The notes: generated by a model from the letters alone, not told the origin. A DNA stretch of 32,000 bases from Nitrosopumilus maritimus SCM1 (GCF_000018465.1 NC_010085.1:390001-422000), one strand, 5' to 3'; counted from the first letter of the stretch, positions 1 through 8,885 are shown. Made by a program: numbers and translations.

Positions 1-2
1 AC

Positions 3-758
3 TATGATCCTGTAAATGGATATCAAAAAGGTCACATTAGTGGTGCCAGTCTTATCTGGTGGAAACGTGACATTAATGATCCAGTTACAAGAGACATTAT
101 CTCCAAAAAACAATTTGAAGAGTTAATGGCAAAAAATGGAATTACAAAAGATACTGAGGTAGTTCTTTATGGTGACTTTAACAATTGGTTTGCAGCATTC
201 GTTTTCTGGGTTTTCAAAATCTATGGACATGAAAATCTAAAGATTATGAATGGTGGAAGAAAAAAATGGGAATTAGAAAATAGAGATTATACAACTGATG
301 AACCACAATTTGAATCAGTTACATATGATGCACAACCTCCAGATGAAGGATTACGTGCATATCTATTTGATGTAAGCCGTGCACTTGGAAAAGAAGATAC
401 TGTAATGGTTGATGTTAGATCTCCAGCTGAGTTTTCAGGAGAGATTACTGCACCACCAGAGTATCCAATGGAACATGCACAAAGAGGTGGACACATTCCT
501 GATGCAAACAATATTCCATGGGCAACTGCCGTCAATGACGCTGATGGAACTTTCAAAACAGTTGATGAACTAAAACAAAACTATGAACCAAAAGGAGTTA
601 CACCTGACAAAGATGTAATTTGTTATTGTAGAATTGGTGAACGTTCTTCACACAGTTGGTTTGTTCTAAAGTACCTACTTGGATATCCAAAGGTTCGAAA
701 CTATGATGGTTCTTGGACTGAATGGGGAAACATGATAGGAAACCCTGTGGAAAAATAA
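3..758 (+). CDS. Rhodanese-domain sulfurtransferase (thiosulfate/3-mercaptopyruvate type), 5' end cut by window edge
   Basis: Frame 3 is open from base 3 (YDPVNGYQKGHISGASLIWWKRD...) into the tracked ORF 126..758, so the Met at 126 is internal. The second rhodanese domain has the active-site loop CYCRIGERSSH and a YDGSWTEWG tail. Confidence 0.85.
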   Translation, partial: YDPVNGYQKGHISGASLIWWKRDINDPVTRDIISKKQFEELMAKNGITKDTEVVLYGDFNNWFAAFVFWVFKIYGHENLKIMNGGRKKWELENRDYTTDEPQFESVTYDAQPPDEGLRAYLFDVSRALGKEDTVMVDVRSPAEFSGEITAPPEYPMEHAQRGGHIPDANNIPWATAVNDADGTFKTVDELKQNYEPKGVTPDKDVICYCRIGERSSHSWFVLKYLLGYPKVRNYDGSWTEWGNMIGNPVEK

Positions 759-759
759 A

Positions 760-1071
760 ATGTTACTAGACCTCCCTGTTTTAAAAAAGGGATCTTTTTA
801 TTTTATCAAAGATTCTGACACCGATCTTGTTATGGAAGACAAGACAAAAAGAGGCCTTACTGTAAAGGAGACCTCCGTTGATGAAAAACTAAATGTCAAG
901 GCTGACAAAGGTATGATTCACGATATGGATGGTATTGGCCATTGGGTTCCAATTCGATGGTATTTCCCAAAGGATTCTTACGATCTTGATGCAGTTTCAA
1001 TACATGCTGAAACAATGGAAAAAAAATACACAGAATTACGTGAACTCACATGTCCTGACGATGATGACTGA
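760..1071 (+). CDS. Hypothetical protein (103 aa, acidic C-terminus)
   Basis: ORF starts 2 nt after the rhodanese stop, a coupled-translation geometry. No motif recognised. An internal Met (VMEDKTK) is an alternative start. Confidence 0.5.
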   Translation: MLLDLPVLKKGSFYFIKDSDTDLVMEDKTKRGLTVKETSVDEKLNVKADKGMIHDMDGIGHWVPIRWYFPKDSYDLDAVSIHAETMEKKYTELRELTCPDDDD

Positions 1072-1107
1072 TAACCTTTTTAAATAAAATCGATTGAGAA
1101 ATCTCAG

Positions 1108-2055
1108 ATGTCTTTACTTCTCAAAGATCGAGTTTGGTCAATGGAAGCCCCTACTGCAAAACGTGGAGTTTATCCATTACATGGATTCAAACTTGGATTG
1201 TATAGATTGCCAATTAATCTTGAAGATCCTAATGAGATAAAATCAGTCCATGATGGTCTCAAAAAGGCTTTTGAGATGGACAAGTACGCTGATAGAGTTT
1301 TTGCAACATATCGCTGGACTGAACAAAACATGGATGATCCTGATGCAAAGGGATACGAAGAAGTAGAACTATCAGTTACAGTTGAAATTGTCACTGGTGA
1401 AGTTGTAGATATTATTTATCAGATTTTCCCAATTGAAAAGTTCGGTGATCCTAATTGGGTCAAAGATTATAGAAAGAAAGCAGACCATTTTGCAAAAATG
1501 GTAATTGATACTATTTTACGTAACACTATCTTGGCAGACAAGATGATTTCTTACTTTGCAAAAGCAGAAAAAATTTCTGAAGTTGCAGCTATTCAAAAAC
1601 TTGAAGACCTTACTCCTTTAGCAAAGATTGTTCTTGGTGCAAAACCAAAACCAGTTGAGGCTACTGAAGAAGCTGAAGAAGAAGATGAAGGTGATATGGA
1701 GATTCCAGATGGTGCAAAGCCTGGACCAATTGATGTTGATTACAAACAAAAAATGAAAGCATCTACAGCATATGAAGCAGCAGAACACACAATCAAAACT
1801 TGGGGTAGAAAAGGCACCAGTAATGGAATCATGGGTGTTTGGGGAGAATTTGTTTCAGTAGATTATGATATTTGTGTAGCAGATGGTGGATGCATTGAAG
1901 CATGCCCAGTAGGTGTGTATGAGTGGTTTGATACTCCTGGAAACCCTGCATCTGACAAGAAACCACTAATGTCAAAAGAACCTGATTGTATATTCTGTCT
2001 TGCATGTGAAGGTGTATGTCCGCCACAAGCAATCAAGATCTTCGAACAAAAATAG
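1108..2055 (+). CDS. Fusion protein: unknown ~230-aa N-terminal region + acidic linker + Sulfolobus-type di-cluster (3Fe-4S/4Fe-4S) ferredoxin domain
   Basis: The C-terminal ~75 aa read DYDICVADGGCIEACPVGVYEWFDTPGNPASDKKP...CIFCLACEGVCPPQAI. This is Cx5Cx3CP plus CxxCxxCx3CP, the pattern of crenarchaeal 7Fe ferredoxins. The linker is ATEEAEEEDEGDME. Confidence 0.75.
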   Translation: MSLLLKDRVWSMEAPTAKRGVYPLHGFKLGLYRLPINLEDPNEIKSVHDGLKKAFEMDKYADRVFATYRWTEQNMDDPDAKGYEEVELSVTVEIVTGEVVDIIYQIFPIEKFGDPNWVKDYRKKADHFAKMVIDTILRNTILADKMISYFAKAEKISEVAAIQKLEDLTPLAKIVLGAKPKPVEATEEAEEEDEGDMEIPDGAKPGPIDVDYKQKMKASTAYEAAEHTIKTWGRKGTSNGIMGVWGEFVSVDYDICVADGGCIEACPVGVYEWFDTPGNPASDKKPLMSKEPDCIFCLACEGVCPPQAIKIFEQK

Positions 2056-2110
2056 TGGAAATTTATTGCAAGTATAAATAGCGAACAGTGATTCTCAGAG
2101 CTAGGGAAAA

Positions 2111-4177
2111 ATGGCAATCAACCCCTTCACTGCATTTGTATTTGATCTATTCATTATATCTGCTGTAATTATCACTGCGTATACTTGCAATTTTTACTAT
2201 CTTGCATTTTTGTCTCGAAAAAGAAAAGACAATTTACAAACAGCTGACTTGGGTACTCCGTCAATTACAATTCAATTACCAATATACAATGAAAAGTATG
2301 TCGCAAAAAGACTAGTAGATTCAGTATGTAATCTGGATTATCCTCAAGACAAAATGAGAATAATGGTGTTAGATGATTCTGATGATGATACTGTTGACCT
2401 TTTGGCACAAACTGTTGATGATTATAAGAAGAAAGGATTCCAAATCGAGCATGTGAGACGTGGAACCAGAAAAGGGTACAAGGCTGGTGCACTAAAGTAT
2501 GCAATGCAGTCAACTGATACTGAATTAGTGGCAATCTTTGATGCTGACTTTATTCCCCCAACATGGTTCCTAAAACGTGCTATTCCTCATTTTGCAAAAT
2601 CAAACATTGGTCTTGTGCAGTGTCGTTGGGGGCATGTAAATGAAAACTATTCAGCAATCACTCAAGCTCAAGCACTTAGTTTGGATTTTCATTTTCTAAT
2701 TGAACAAAAGGCAAAGAGTAATTCACATCTTTTCATGAATTTTAATGGCACTGCTGGAATCTGGAAACGTGATTGTATTGAAGATGCTGGTGGTTGGCAT
2801 ACTGCAACTTTAGTCGAAGATCTTGATCTTAGTTATAGAGCTCAAATGAAAGGTTGGAAGTGTGTCTTCTTGCCTGATGTCGTAGTTGATGCAGAACTAC
2901 CTGTTCAAATGAATGCTGCAAAACGACAACAATTTCGTTGGGCAAAAGGTTCCATCCAATGCGCATTAAAACTACTAACTGATATTACAATAAAAAGAAA
3001 AATTGCAATTGAGGCAAAGATTCAAGCTTTCATTCAACTTACACGTCATATTGTTTACCCATTAATGCTAATTCAATTTCTATCATTACCAATTTTGTTA
3101 GCTGCAAATGTCAATCTTTATGTGATTAGTTTTCTTCCTGCATTAACAATTGCAACATATCTTGCAATGGGACCTGGTGCATACATCATGATTATACAAA
3201 GCATGTATCACAAGTCGTGGAAGTCAAAAGCAAAGATACTACCTGCACTATTGGTGTATAATGCTGGGATGTCAGTTAACAATACTGTTGCAGTATTTGA
3301 TGCAGTTCTTGGAAAAAAGAATGAATTTCTTAGAACTCCAAAGTATGGTGTTCTCAAGAAAAAAGATGACTGGAAAGATAATGCATACAATTTACCTTTC
3401 TCTCAAGTAACTCTTCTTGAACTATTCTTTGGTGTGTATGGAATTTTAGGAATCTTTATCTCAATATTTTCAAACAATCCCATATTTGCACCAATTATCG
3501 CATTGCAAGCAATAGGATTCTTCTATATTGCATATCTGAGCCTCTCACACACTCGATTTAAAAGAAATAAATCAAGTACTCCAAAAATTAGAAGCAAGAA
3601 AGAGAAAATGGCTAATCTGGTTTACAAACTCTCCATGGTAGGTATTGTTGCCATCATAATCTTTGGTGGTTCTATGGCAATCTATGGTTATAGCACTGAT
3701 ATTTATCCCCTTGATAGAATGAGAGGTAATCTAGATGGAATTATTGGCTCATCTGATCCTGCTGCAATAAAGGCTCATCTATTGGCAATTCAAACTGATT
3801 TGACTGTTGTTATGGAGAATTTACCTGAAACAACAAATGCTAATGGTGAGGTTATTTCTAAAAACCCTGTTTGGATGTTCCCAACAGAATCTACAAACTT
3901 CCTTAGAATTGAAAATGCTGTAGAAACAATGACTGCAAGTATTGAAAAAATTTCTACAGTGCCAAAAGATAGTTCTGCATATCATACCGGAATGCTTGAT
4001 ATCAACAGTAGAGCTGTTTCATTGCAAACTGACATCATGGATGCAACTCCTTACATGTATGTCAGTATTCAAAATATTGCCTTTAGTACCATTTGGATTG
4101 CAGCAATCTTGGGAATCTTTGCAGCACTAAAAAGAAAGAAAGACCAACTAAAAGAAGTCGACGACGTTGGAGTCTAA
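2111..4177 (+). CDS. Family-2 glycosyltransferase, processive beta-glycan synthase type, with multi-TM region and ~190-aa C-terminal extension
   Basis: GT2 motifs are present: VLDDSDDDT, FDADF, QCRWGH, TLVEDLDLS and the processive-synthase signature QQFRWAKG (QxxRW). Multiple hydrophobic helices follow. The extra C-terminal domain is bounded by two more TM segments. Confidence 0.85.
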   Translation: MAINPFTAFVFDLFIISAVIITAYTCNFYYLAFLSRKRKDNLQTADLGTPSITIQLPIYNEKYVAKRLVDSVCNLDYPQDKMRIMVLDDSDDDTVDLLAQTVDDYKKKGFQIEHVRRGTRKGYKAGALKYAMQSTDTELVAIFDADFIPPTWFLKRAIPHFAKSNIGLVQCRWGHVNENYSAITQAQALSLDFHFLIEQKAKSNSHLFMNFNGTAGIWKRDCIEDAGGWHTATLVEDLDLSYRAQMKGWKCVFLPDVVVDAELPVQMNAAKRQQFRWAKGSIQCALKLLTDITIKRKIAIEAKIQAFIQLTRHIVYPLMLIQFLSLPILLAANVNLYVISFLPALTIATYLAMGPGAYIMIIQSMYHKSWKSKAKILPALLVYNAGMSVNNTVAVFDAVLGKKNEFLRTPKYGVLKKKDDWKDNAYNLPFSQVTLLELFFGVYGILGIFISIFSNNPIFAPIIALQAIGFFYIAYLSLSHTRFKRNKSSTPKIRSKKEKMANLVYKLSMVGIVAIIIFGGSMAIYGYSTDIYPLDRMRGNLDGIIGSSDPAAIKAHLLAIQTDLTVVMENLPETTNANGEVISKNPVWMFPTESTNFLRIENAVETMTASIEKISTVPKDSSAYHTGMLDINSRAVSLQTDIMDATPYMYVSIQNIAFSTIWIAAILGIFAALKRKKDQLKEVDDVGV

Positions 4178-5703
4178 GAAATATTTAGATCTTTTCTAAT
4201 TTCATCAACAGCTCTAATTCCATAAATGTCTCTAACTTGCTGAATTCTTACTGCTTCTTTTAACAAATCTCTTCCAATTGCATTTGTCAAAATTGAATAT
4301 ACATCACTAAATCTAATTTCCCACTTATCTGCACAATCAAGAATTTTGCTTACTGCCCATTGTCTTACTTCATGTGGTAGTGGAATCTTTTCTCCAGATT
4401 CTATCGAGATTCTATCAAATAAATTCACAATATCTGCAGTTTGTTCTGCCATCTTTTCAAGATCTTTTGCATCTCCGTATTTTGATTCTGCATTCATCCT
4501 GATGTTTGATTGATACTCTGAAAGTTTTAGCAAAGCCATCATTTCTTTTGATGAATCATCTGAAGCTTTGTTTGTTACACTTCTAACTGACTGCATCTCT
4601 TCAAACAATTTTTCAGTCTTTTTATGAAATTCTGCAGATGCAGCATCTTGTCTTTTAATGATATCTGCTGCTGATGAAATTTTTTGCTCAATGCTGTTAG
4701 TTTTATCAAATACATTTTGTTTGAATTCTGAAAGGTCGTTTTGAACCGATTTGAGACCTTCACCCACAAATGCAGTTGAATCTGCTCTATGTGATAGTGC
4801 CCCTATCTCAGTTTCAATCTTGTCAATTTTTCCTGCTAGTTCTTTTATTGATTCTAGGCTCACATTATCAACTGAATTTGCCTTTGTGGCAACTGTTTCA
4901 AATTGCTGTTTTAGGCCCTCAATTACGCCTCCAAGTGAGTCAATCTTTGCTGCTTTAGAAGAAATTGCATCAATTGTGATCTTTATTGCTTCTAATTCGG
5001 AATTAAGATTGGAACTATCTGAAACCCCGTCAGTTATTTTTGAGAGTTCTTGTTTTAGACTTTCAATAATTTGAGAACCTGTTTCAAGTTTTGCAGTTTT
5101 ACCTGAAATCTCTTCAATACTGTTTTTTAGTTTGTCCATTTCTGAACCAACTTCTAAGAAAGAGTCTGTTTTACCTGAAACTTTTCTTAAATCATCTCTT
5201 ACTTCATCAATTCTTTGAGCTATTTTGATGATCATCTGTGAATTATTTCTAATAGAATTCATACTGTCTTCTACTTGTTGAGAAATTTCTTGAGTTTTTG
5301 ATAATTTTTGTTCTTCAGAAATTCTACTGATCTCTTCTTGTAATTTTGCAGTTTGATTGTTAATCTTAGTTACTAGGTTTGATTGAGTTCTTACTTGATT
5401 TAGTCCTGCATATAGCTTTTGTGTGTCGTCTTCAATTAAGTTAAGTTGTTTTGATTGTTTTTGAATATGTTCTAATGCTGATGTTAATGAATCGATCATA
5501 CCTTTCATAGAAACTAGAACTTTTTGATTTTCTCCAAAAATCTTTGACATTACTTTGATCTCTTTTTGTAATGCTTTGTTAGAATCTGATACTGATGCTA
5601 CTTTTTTTAGTAAAACTGATGGACTTGGTTCTCTTTTTGTAACTTTTTTTGTTTCTTTTTTTGCTTTAGGAGTTGTTTTTTTCTTTGCAGTTTTTGTAGC
5701 CAT
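4174..5703 (-). CDS. Long coiled-coil protein with Lys-rich basic N-terminal tail
   Basis: 509-aa ORF. The N-terminus is MATKTAKKKTTPKAKKETKKVTKR. About 400 aa follow that are E/K/Q/S-rich with heptad-like composition, ending in a C-terminal globular ~90 aa. Its stop overlaps the GT2 stop by 4 nt (convergent). Confidence 0.6.
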   Translation of the reverse strand: MATKTAKKKTTPKAKKETKKVTKREPSPSVLLKKVASVSDSNKALQKEIKVMSKIFGENQKVLVSMKGMIDSLTSALEHIQKQSKQLNLIEDDTQKLYAGLNQVRTQSNLVTKINNQTAKLQEEISRISEEQKLSKTQEISQQVEDSMNSIRNNSQMIIKIAQRIDEVRDDLRKVSGKTDSFLEVGSEMDKLKNSIEEISGKTAKLETGSQIIESLKQELSKITDGVSDSSNLNSELEAIKITIDAISSKAAKIDSLGGVIEGLKQQFETVATKANSVDNVSLESIKELAGKIDKIETEIGALSHRADSTAFVGEGLKSVQNDLSEFKQNVFDKTNSIEQKISSAADIIKRQDAASAEFHKKTEKLFEEMQSVRSVTNKASDDSSKEMMALLKLSEYQSNIRMNAESKYGDAKDLEKMAEQTADIVNLFDRISIESGEKIPLPHEVRQWAVSKILDCADKWEIRFSDVYSILTNAIGRDLLKEAVRIQQVRDIYGIRAVDEIRKDLNIS

Positions 5704-5763
5704 ATCAATTGAAACAGAATTTAACGATAAAAAAGTTAGGTCTAAAATAAAAAATGTAAAGAG

Positions 5764-5871
5764 TTACTTGTTTACAACTTCTGGTTCATGAAGTAACTCA
5801 TGGAAGGTTTTTTCAGCCAAACCATTTGCTGTTTCGATAAAACCTCTTGTACAATATTCACATTGAATCAT
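5764..5871 (-). CDS. Candidate 35-aa C2H2-like zinc-finger micro-protein (below ORF-track threshold)
   Basis: Hand translation gives MIQCEYCTRGFIETANGLAEKTFHELLHEPEVVNK, i.e. CxxC-x16-HxxxH. A TATTAATA box lies about 23-30 nt upstream of the ATG, which is leaderless geometry. There is no independent support. Confidence 0.35.
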   Translation of the reverse strand: MIQCEYCTRGFIETANGLAEKTFHELLHEPEVVNK

Positions 5872-5896
5872 ATAGTACGGTATGGTACCGTACTAT
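5872..5896. promoter_or_regulatory. Perfect 11-bp-arm inverted repeat ATAGTACGGTA-TGG-TACCGTACTAT between TATA-like box and the small-ORF ATG
   Basis: Read directly from the sequence. It abuts the ATG at 5871 (minus strand). Its GC content is locally unusual for this AT-rich intergenic region. Confidence 0.45.
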
Positions 5897-6134
5897 TAAT
5901 ATCAAGGTAATGACAACGTAACCAATTATGCAGTCAGATACCCCAGGTCATATCTCTACATTTGATTCAGTTGACCTAATCATCACTCTGCATTTTGATA
6001 ATTGTTCCTTGGAATAAAGAGATTAACATTTTGAAATTATTTTGAGCCTGTGTTCAATTATTAGCAGTTTAGGTAATTTTACTTTCGAATTTTCAATCCG
6101 CAATGATTTTTAAACAAATTTGTTAACTGAAAAC

Positions 6135-7460
6135 ATGCAAAACATTCCACTGCAACTAAATCCTAGTGGAATCCAAAGCTCACTTAACAATACAGTTTCT
6201 AGCTTGATTGAACAGATTACTCCTGAACTTCCTCACACATCATTTGTTACTGATTTGGCCTTTATCATGATTATTGGTGCAGTTGTTACTCTTGCATTTT
6301 TCAAAATTAAGCAACCACTAATCATTGGATATCTTTTTGCAGGAATGCTCCTTGGCCCTCTTTCCCCATTTTGGTCTTGGTTACTACCTGAAGGTGGACC
6401 TCCTGGTGATGTTTTAGAGGGTGTTGGAATTTTATCTGATATTTCTGCATTACATCTTTTTGCTGAGATTGGGGTGATCTTACTTTTGTTTGTAATTGGA
6501 ATTGAGTTCCCTTATGCAAAAATTAAGAGTATAGGGCGAGTTGCAGTTGGGGTTGGAACTCTTGGTTTGTTCGCAACTTTGGGTGTGGTATTTTACACTG
6601 CTACTGCTTTGGGTCTGCAATTTATGGATGCATTATTTATTGCCGCTGCATTATCTATCTCCAGTACTGCAATCATTGTCAAAATTTTGGAAGATATGGG
6701 GAGGATCAAAAAAGAATCTTCTATTCTTGTATTGGGTATTTTGATTGTAGAAGACGTTATTGCAGTTATCTTGATTTCATCTTTACAATCAATTGCTTTA
6801 GTCGGAAGTGTTTCTATTGAATCAATAATTGTAGTTGTTCTAGTTGCAACTGGATTAATTGTTGGAACATTTACTATTGGAACTCGTGTAATACCACCAT
6901 TAATTGACAGAGTTGCTGCTGCAGAGCATCGTGAAATTTTACTTCTTAGTGTTCTTGGCGTTTGCTTTGGATATGCATTATTTGCCAATATTGTAGGATT
7001 ATCAGTCGCAATTGGTGCCTTTTTGGCAGGTGTTTTGGTAGCAGAATCAAAATCTGCTGAAGTAGCAAAACTCCTTTCTAGTCCAATTAAAGACATGTTC
7101 GTTGCAATCTTCTTTATCTCAGTTGGGGCTTTGATGGATATCTCACAACTTGGAGATTACATCTGGATAGCAATTGCATTGATTGCAGTTGCAACAGGTA
7201 TGAAATTTGGAGGAAACATGATTGGAAATATTATATTCAGACAAAAGCGTGGTAAGGCACTTCGCTCAGCATTTACTTTAGGTGCTCCAAGAGGAGAGTT
7301 CTCAATTGTAATTGTAAAAGCTGGCGTTGACATTGGTGCAGTTAGTGCTTTCTTGTTCCCATTGATAGGCATCATCTCAATAATTACCGCATTCCTTTCA
7401 CCATTCTTTGTAAAAGCAGGAGATAAAGTCGTAGAGAAATTAGAAGAAGAAGATGTCTGA
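6135..7460 (+). CDS. Monovalent cation:proton antiporter, CPA2 (Kef/NapA-like) family
   Basis: Polytopic membrane protein with about 12 hydrophobic segments. N-terminal CPA2-type motif IIGYLFAGMLLGP. The ATG at 6135 is preferred over the in-frame TTG at 6120 used by the ORF track. Confidence 0.8.
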   Translation: MQNIPLQLNPSGIQSSLNNTVSSLIEQITPELPHTSFVTDLAFIMIIGAVVTLAFFKIKQPLIIGYLFAGMLLGPLSPFWSWLLPEGGPPGDVLEGVGILSDISALHLFAEIGVILLLFVIGIEFPYAKIKSIGRVAVGVGTLGLFATLGVVFYTATALGLQFMDALFIAAALSISSTAIIVKILEDMGRIKKESSILVLGILIVEDVIAVILISSLQSIALVGSVSIESIIVVVLVATGLIVGTFTIGTRVIPPLIDRVAAAEHREILLLSVLGVCFGYALFANIVGLSVAIGAFLAGVLVAESKSAEVAKLLSSPIKDMFVAIFFISVGALMDISQLGDYIWIAIALIAVATGMKFGGNMIGNIIFRQKRGKALRSAFTLGAPRGEFSIVIVKAGVDIGAVSAFLFPLIGIISIITAFLSPFFVKAGDKVVEKLEEEDV

Positions 7461-7881
7461 TGAACTAAAACGAATGCTAGAGCAAGTTCACACTGGCATT
7501 ACTACTTTTGATTTTGAAGGAAAAGAAACTCCTTGTATTGTAATTGATGCAAAAAAATATGAAAACATTAGAGCCAAAGTTGAAGGACAGCCATTTGCAG
7601 TAAACACTGATTTGAATATCTTACAAGATGGATTGGGAAATGTCTTTGTTGAAGTTGTTTTGACTTTTTCAATTGGAAATATTTCTGAAAAGTATCTTGT
7701 AAATGCAAAGACTGATTTGCAATTCTTTGAAACACTTGCTCAAACATCCATGTTTGTACTCAATTCTCCTGAATCCCAATATGGTAAAGATAATGTCATT
7801 GCAATTCAATTACCTAGACCAGAAAAAGCCCATGATGCTCTAGAAATCATAAAATCTGCTCTTGTGCCTAAAAATCAATAG
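7453..7881 (+). CDS. Hypothetical protein (142 aa), start overlaps antiporter stop by 8 nt
   Basis: The ATGTCTGA overlap with the upstream gene suggests co-translation. No motif recognised. Confidence 0.5.
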   Translation: MSDELKRMLEQVHTGITTFDFEGKETPCIVIDAKKYENIRAKVEGQPFAVNTDLNILQDGLGNVFVEVVLTFSIGNISEKYLVNAKTDLQFFETLAQTSMFVLNSPESQYGKDNVIAIQLPRPEKAHDALEIIKSALVPKNQ

Positions 7882-7882
7882 A

Positions 7883-7959
7883 TGGTGCAGTTACCGGGAT
7901 TTGAACCCGGGTCACGTACTTGGCAAGCACGAGTACTAACCAGACTGTACTATAACTGC
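7883..7959 (-). tRNA. tRNA-Gly (anticodon GCC), CCA encoded
   Basis: Hand-folded cloverleaf: GCAGTTA/TAACTGC acceptor, GTAC/GTAC D stem, CGTGC-TTGCCAA-GTACG anticodon arm, CCGGG-TTCAAAT-CCCGG T arm, and terminal ACCA. Confidence 0.9.
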
Positions 7960-8022
7960 AACAAACCTAGAAGCTGAATTTGGATATTAAACTGTTTTTA
8001 ACTATTTTAATGAAGATTAACT

Positions 8023-8286
8023 ATGGATAAAACTCTTCTAAAAAAGATTGATGAAAAAATTCAAGAAACAATTTCTAACAAAGATGACATTAAACAATTA
8101 ATTTCTCTATTGTCTACTATTGACAATTCCAAATCTTTTGCTTTGGGTATTGTTGTTGGTAGGATATACAATGCATTTTATTATCAATCAAAACGAATTT
8201 TGAATCGGGAACCAACAAAAGATGAATTTGAAGAATTTTTAGAATATATTCAAAATAAGAAATCTGATTTGGAAAATCTATGGTGA
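8023..8286 (+). CDS. Hypothetical protein (87 aa)
   Basis: ORF only. Its 3' end overlaps the L10e 3' end by 9 nt (convergent). Confidence 0.4.
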   Translation: MDKTLLKKIDEKIQETISNKDDIKQLISLLSTIDNSKSFALGIVVGRIYNAFYYQSKRILNREPTKDEFEEFLEYIQNKKSDLENLW

Positions 8287-8787
8287 TGGTTTATTCCAAT
8301 CAAGAACTTTGATTGTTGGTGTTCCTGGTAATTTTACACATGCACTTTTGAGTGATTTCTTTGCTGCTGCTAAATGTGCATCACCATTAACGTAAAGTTC
8401 CATAATGCATTGACCTTCTCTTACTCTTGCACCTAAACTGGTTGCTTTTCCCCAAGCTCTTCTCATTCCTTCTGAAATTCTGTCTGCACCTGCAGTTGCA
8501 ATTTGTTTATTTTCTCTTAACATGTTGTGTGGATAAATTCTAAGTCTGGAATAGTATCCTGACTCACCAGTTGTTTTTTCTAGTGTTTTGTTTGCTGCCA
8601 ATCTTGTTGATTCAATTGCCATATGTCTTAACTGCATTTTTTCATTAATGCATAATTGTACACAATATTGGTAAGTTCCTCTTTTACCACCTTGAAATTT
8701 TGCAATTTTGATTTGTGGTTTACCTTTGATGTACTTTCTTCTGGTAAAGACTTGGCCATTTCCTTCTCTGTAATTGGCTCCATGCAT
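8278..8787 (-). CDS. rpl10e: 50S ribosomal protein L10e (uL16)
   Basis: MHGANYREGNGQVFTRRKYIKGKPQIKIAKF...RLRIYPHNMLRENKQIATAGADRISEGMRRAWGK is the typical L10e sequence. The start is placed at the internal Met (8787). The tracked 21-aa upstream extension has no counterpart in L10e. Confidence 0.9.
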   Translation of the reverse strand: MHGANYREGNGQVFTRRKYIKGKPQIKIAKFQGGKRGTYQYCVQLCINEKMQLRHMAIESTRLAANKTLEKTTGESGYYSRLRIYPHNMLRENKQIATAGADRISEGMRRAWGKATSLGARVREGQCIMELYVNGDAHLAAAKKSLKSACVKLPGTPTIKVLDWNKPSP

Positions 8788-8885
8788 GATATGATAACGC
8801 CTGAATCCCCATATTTTAACGGTTAGAAGAGATTTATTCGTATTTTCCAATGCTTATATGGAAATCATTTGGTTTTCTTTTCATC

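Noticed and set aside
4174-4177. Convergent gene-end overlaps (4174..4177, 8278..8286, 9439..9449, 25626..25629) as something unusual
   Set aside because: Short tail-to-tail overlaps are expected in compact, streamlined archaeal genomes. Nothing beyond tight packing is implied.
5555-5791. Plus-strand ORF 5555..5791 (78 aa) overlapping the coiled-coil gene start
   Set aside because: It is the antisense shadow of the Lys-rich N-terminus (poly-Phe/Val from poly-Lys codons). It overlaps the candidate zinc-finger ORF region without signals of its own.
8788-8885. N-terminal extensions in the ORF track for L10e (to 8850) and EndA (from 8850), and similarly for P1 (to 12282)
   Set aside because: The extensions have no counterpart in the known families (L10e, EndA) or in the paralog (P2). 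They would run through the shared divergent promoter regions, and internal ATGs give family-typical N-termini.
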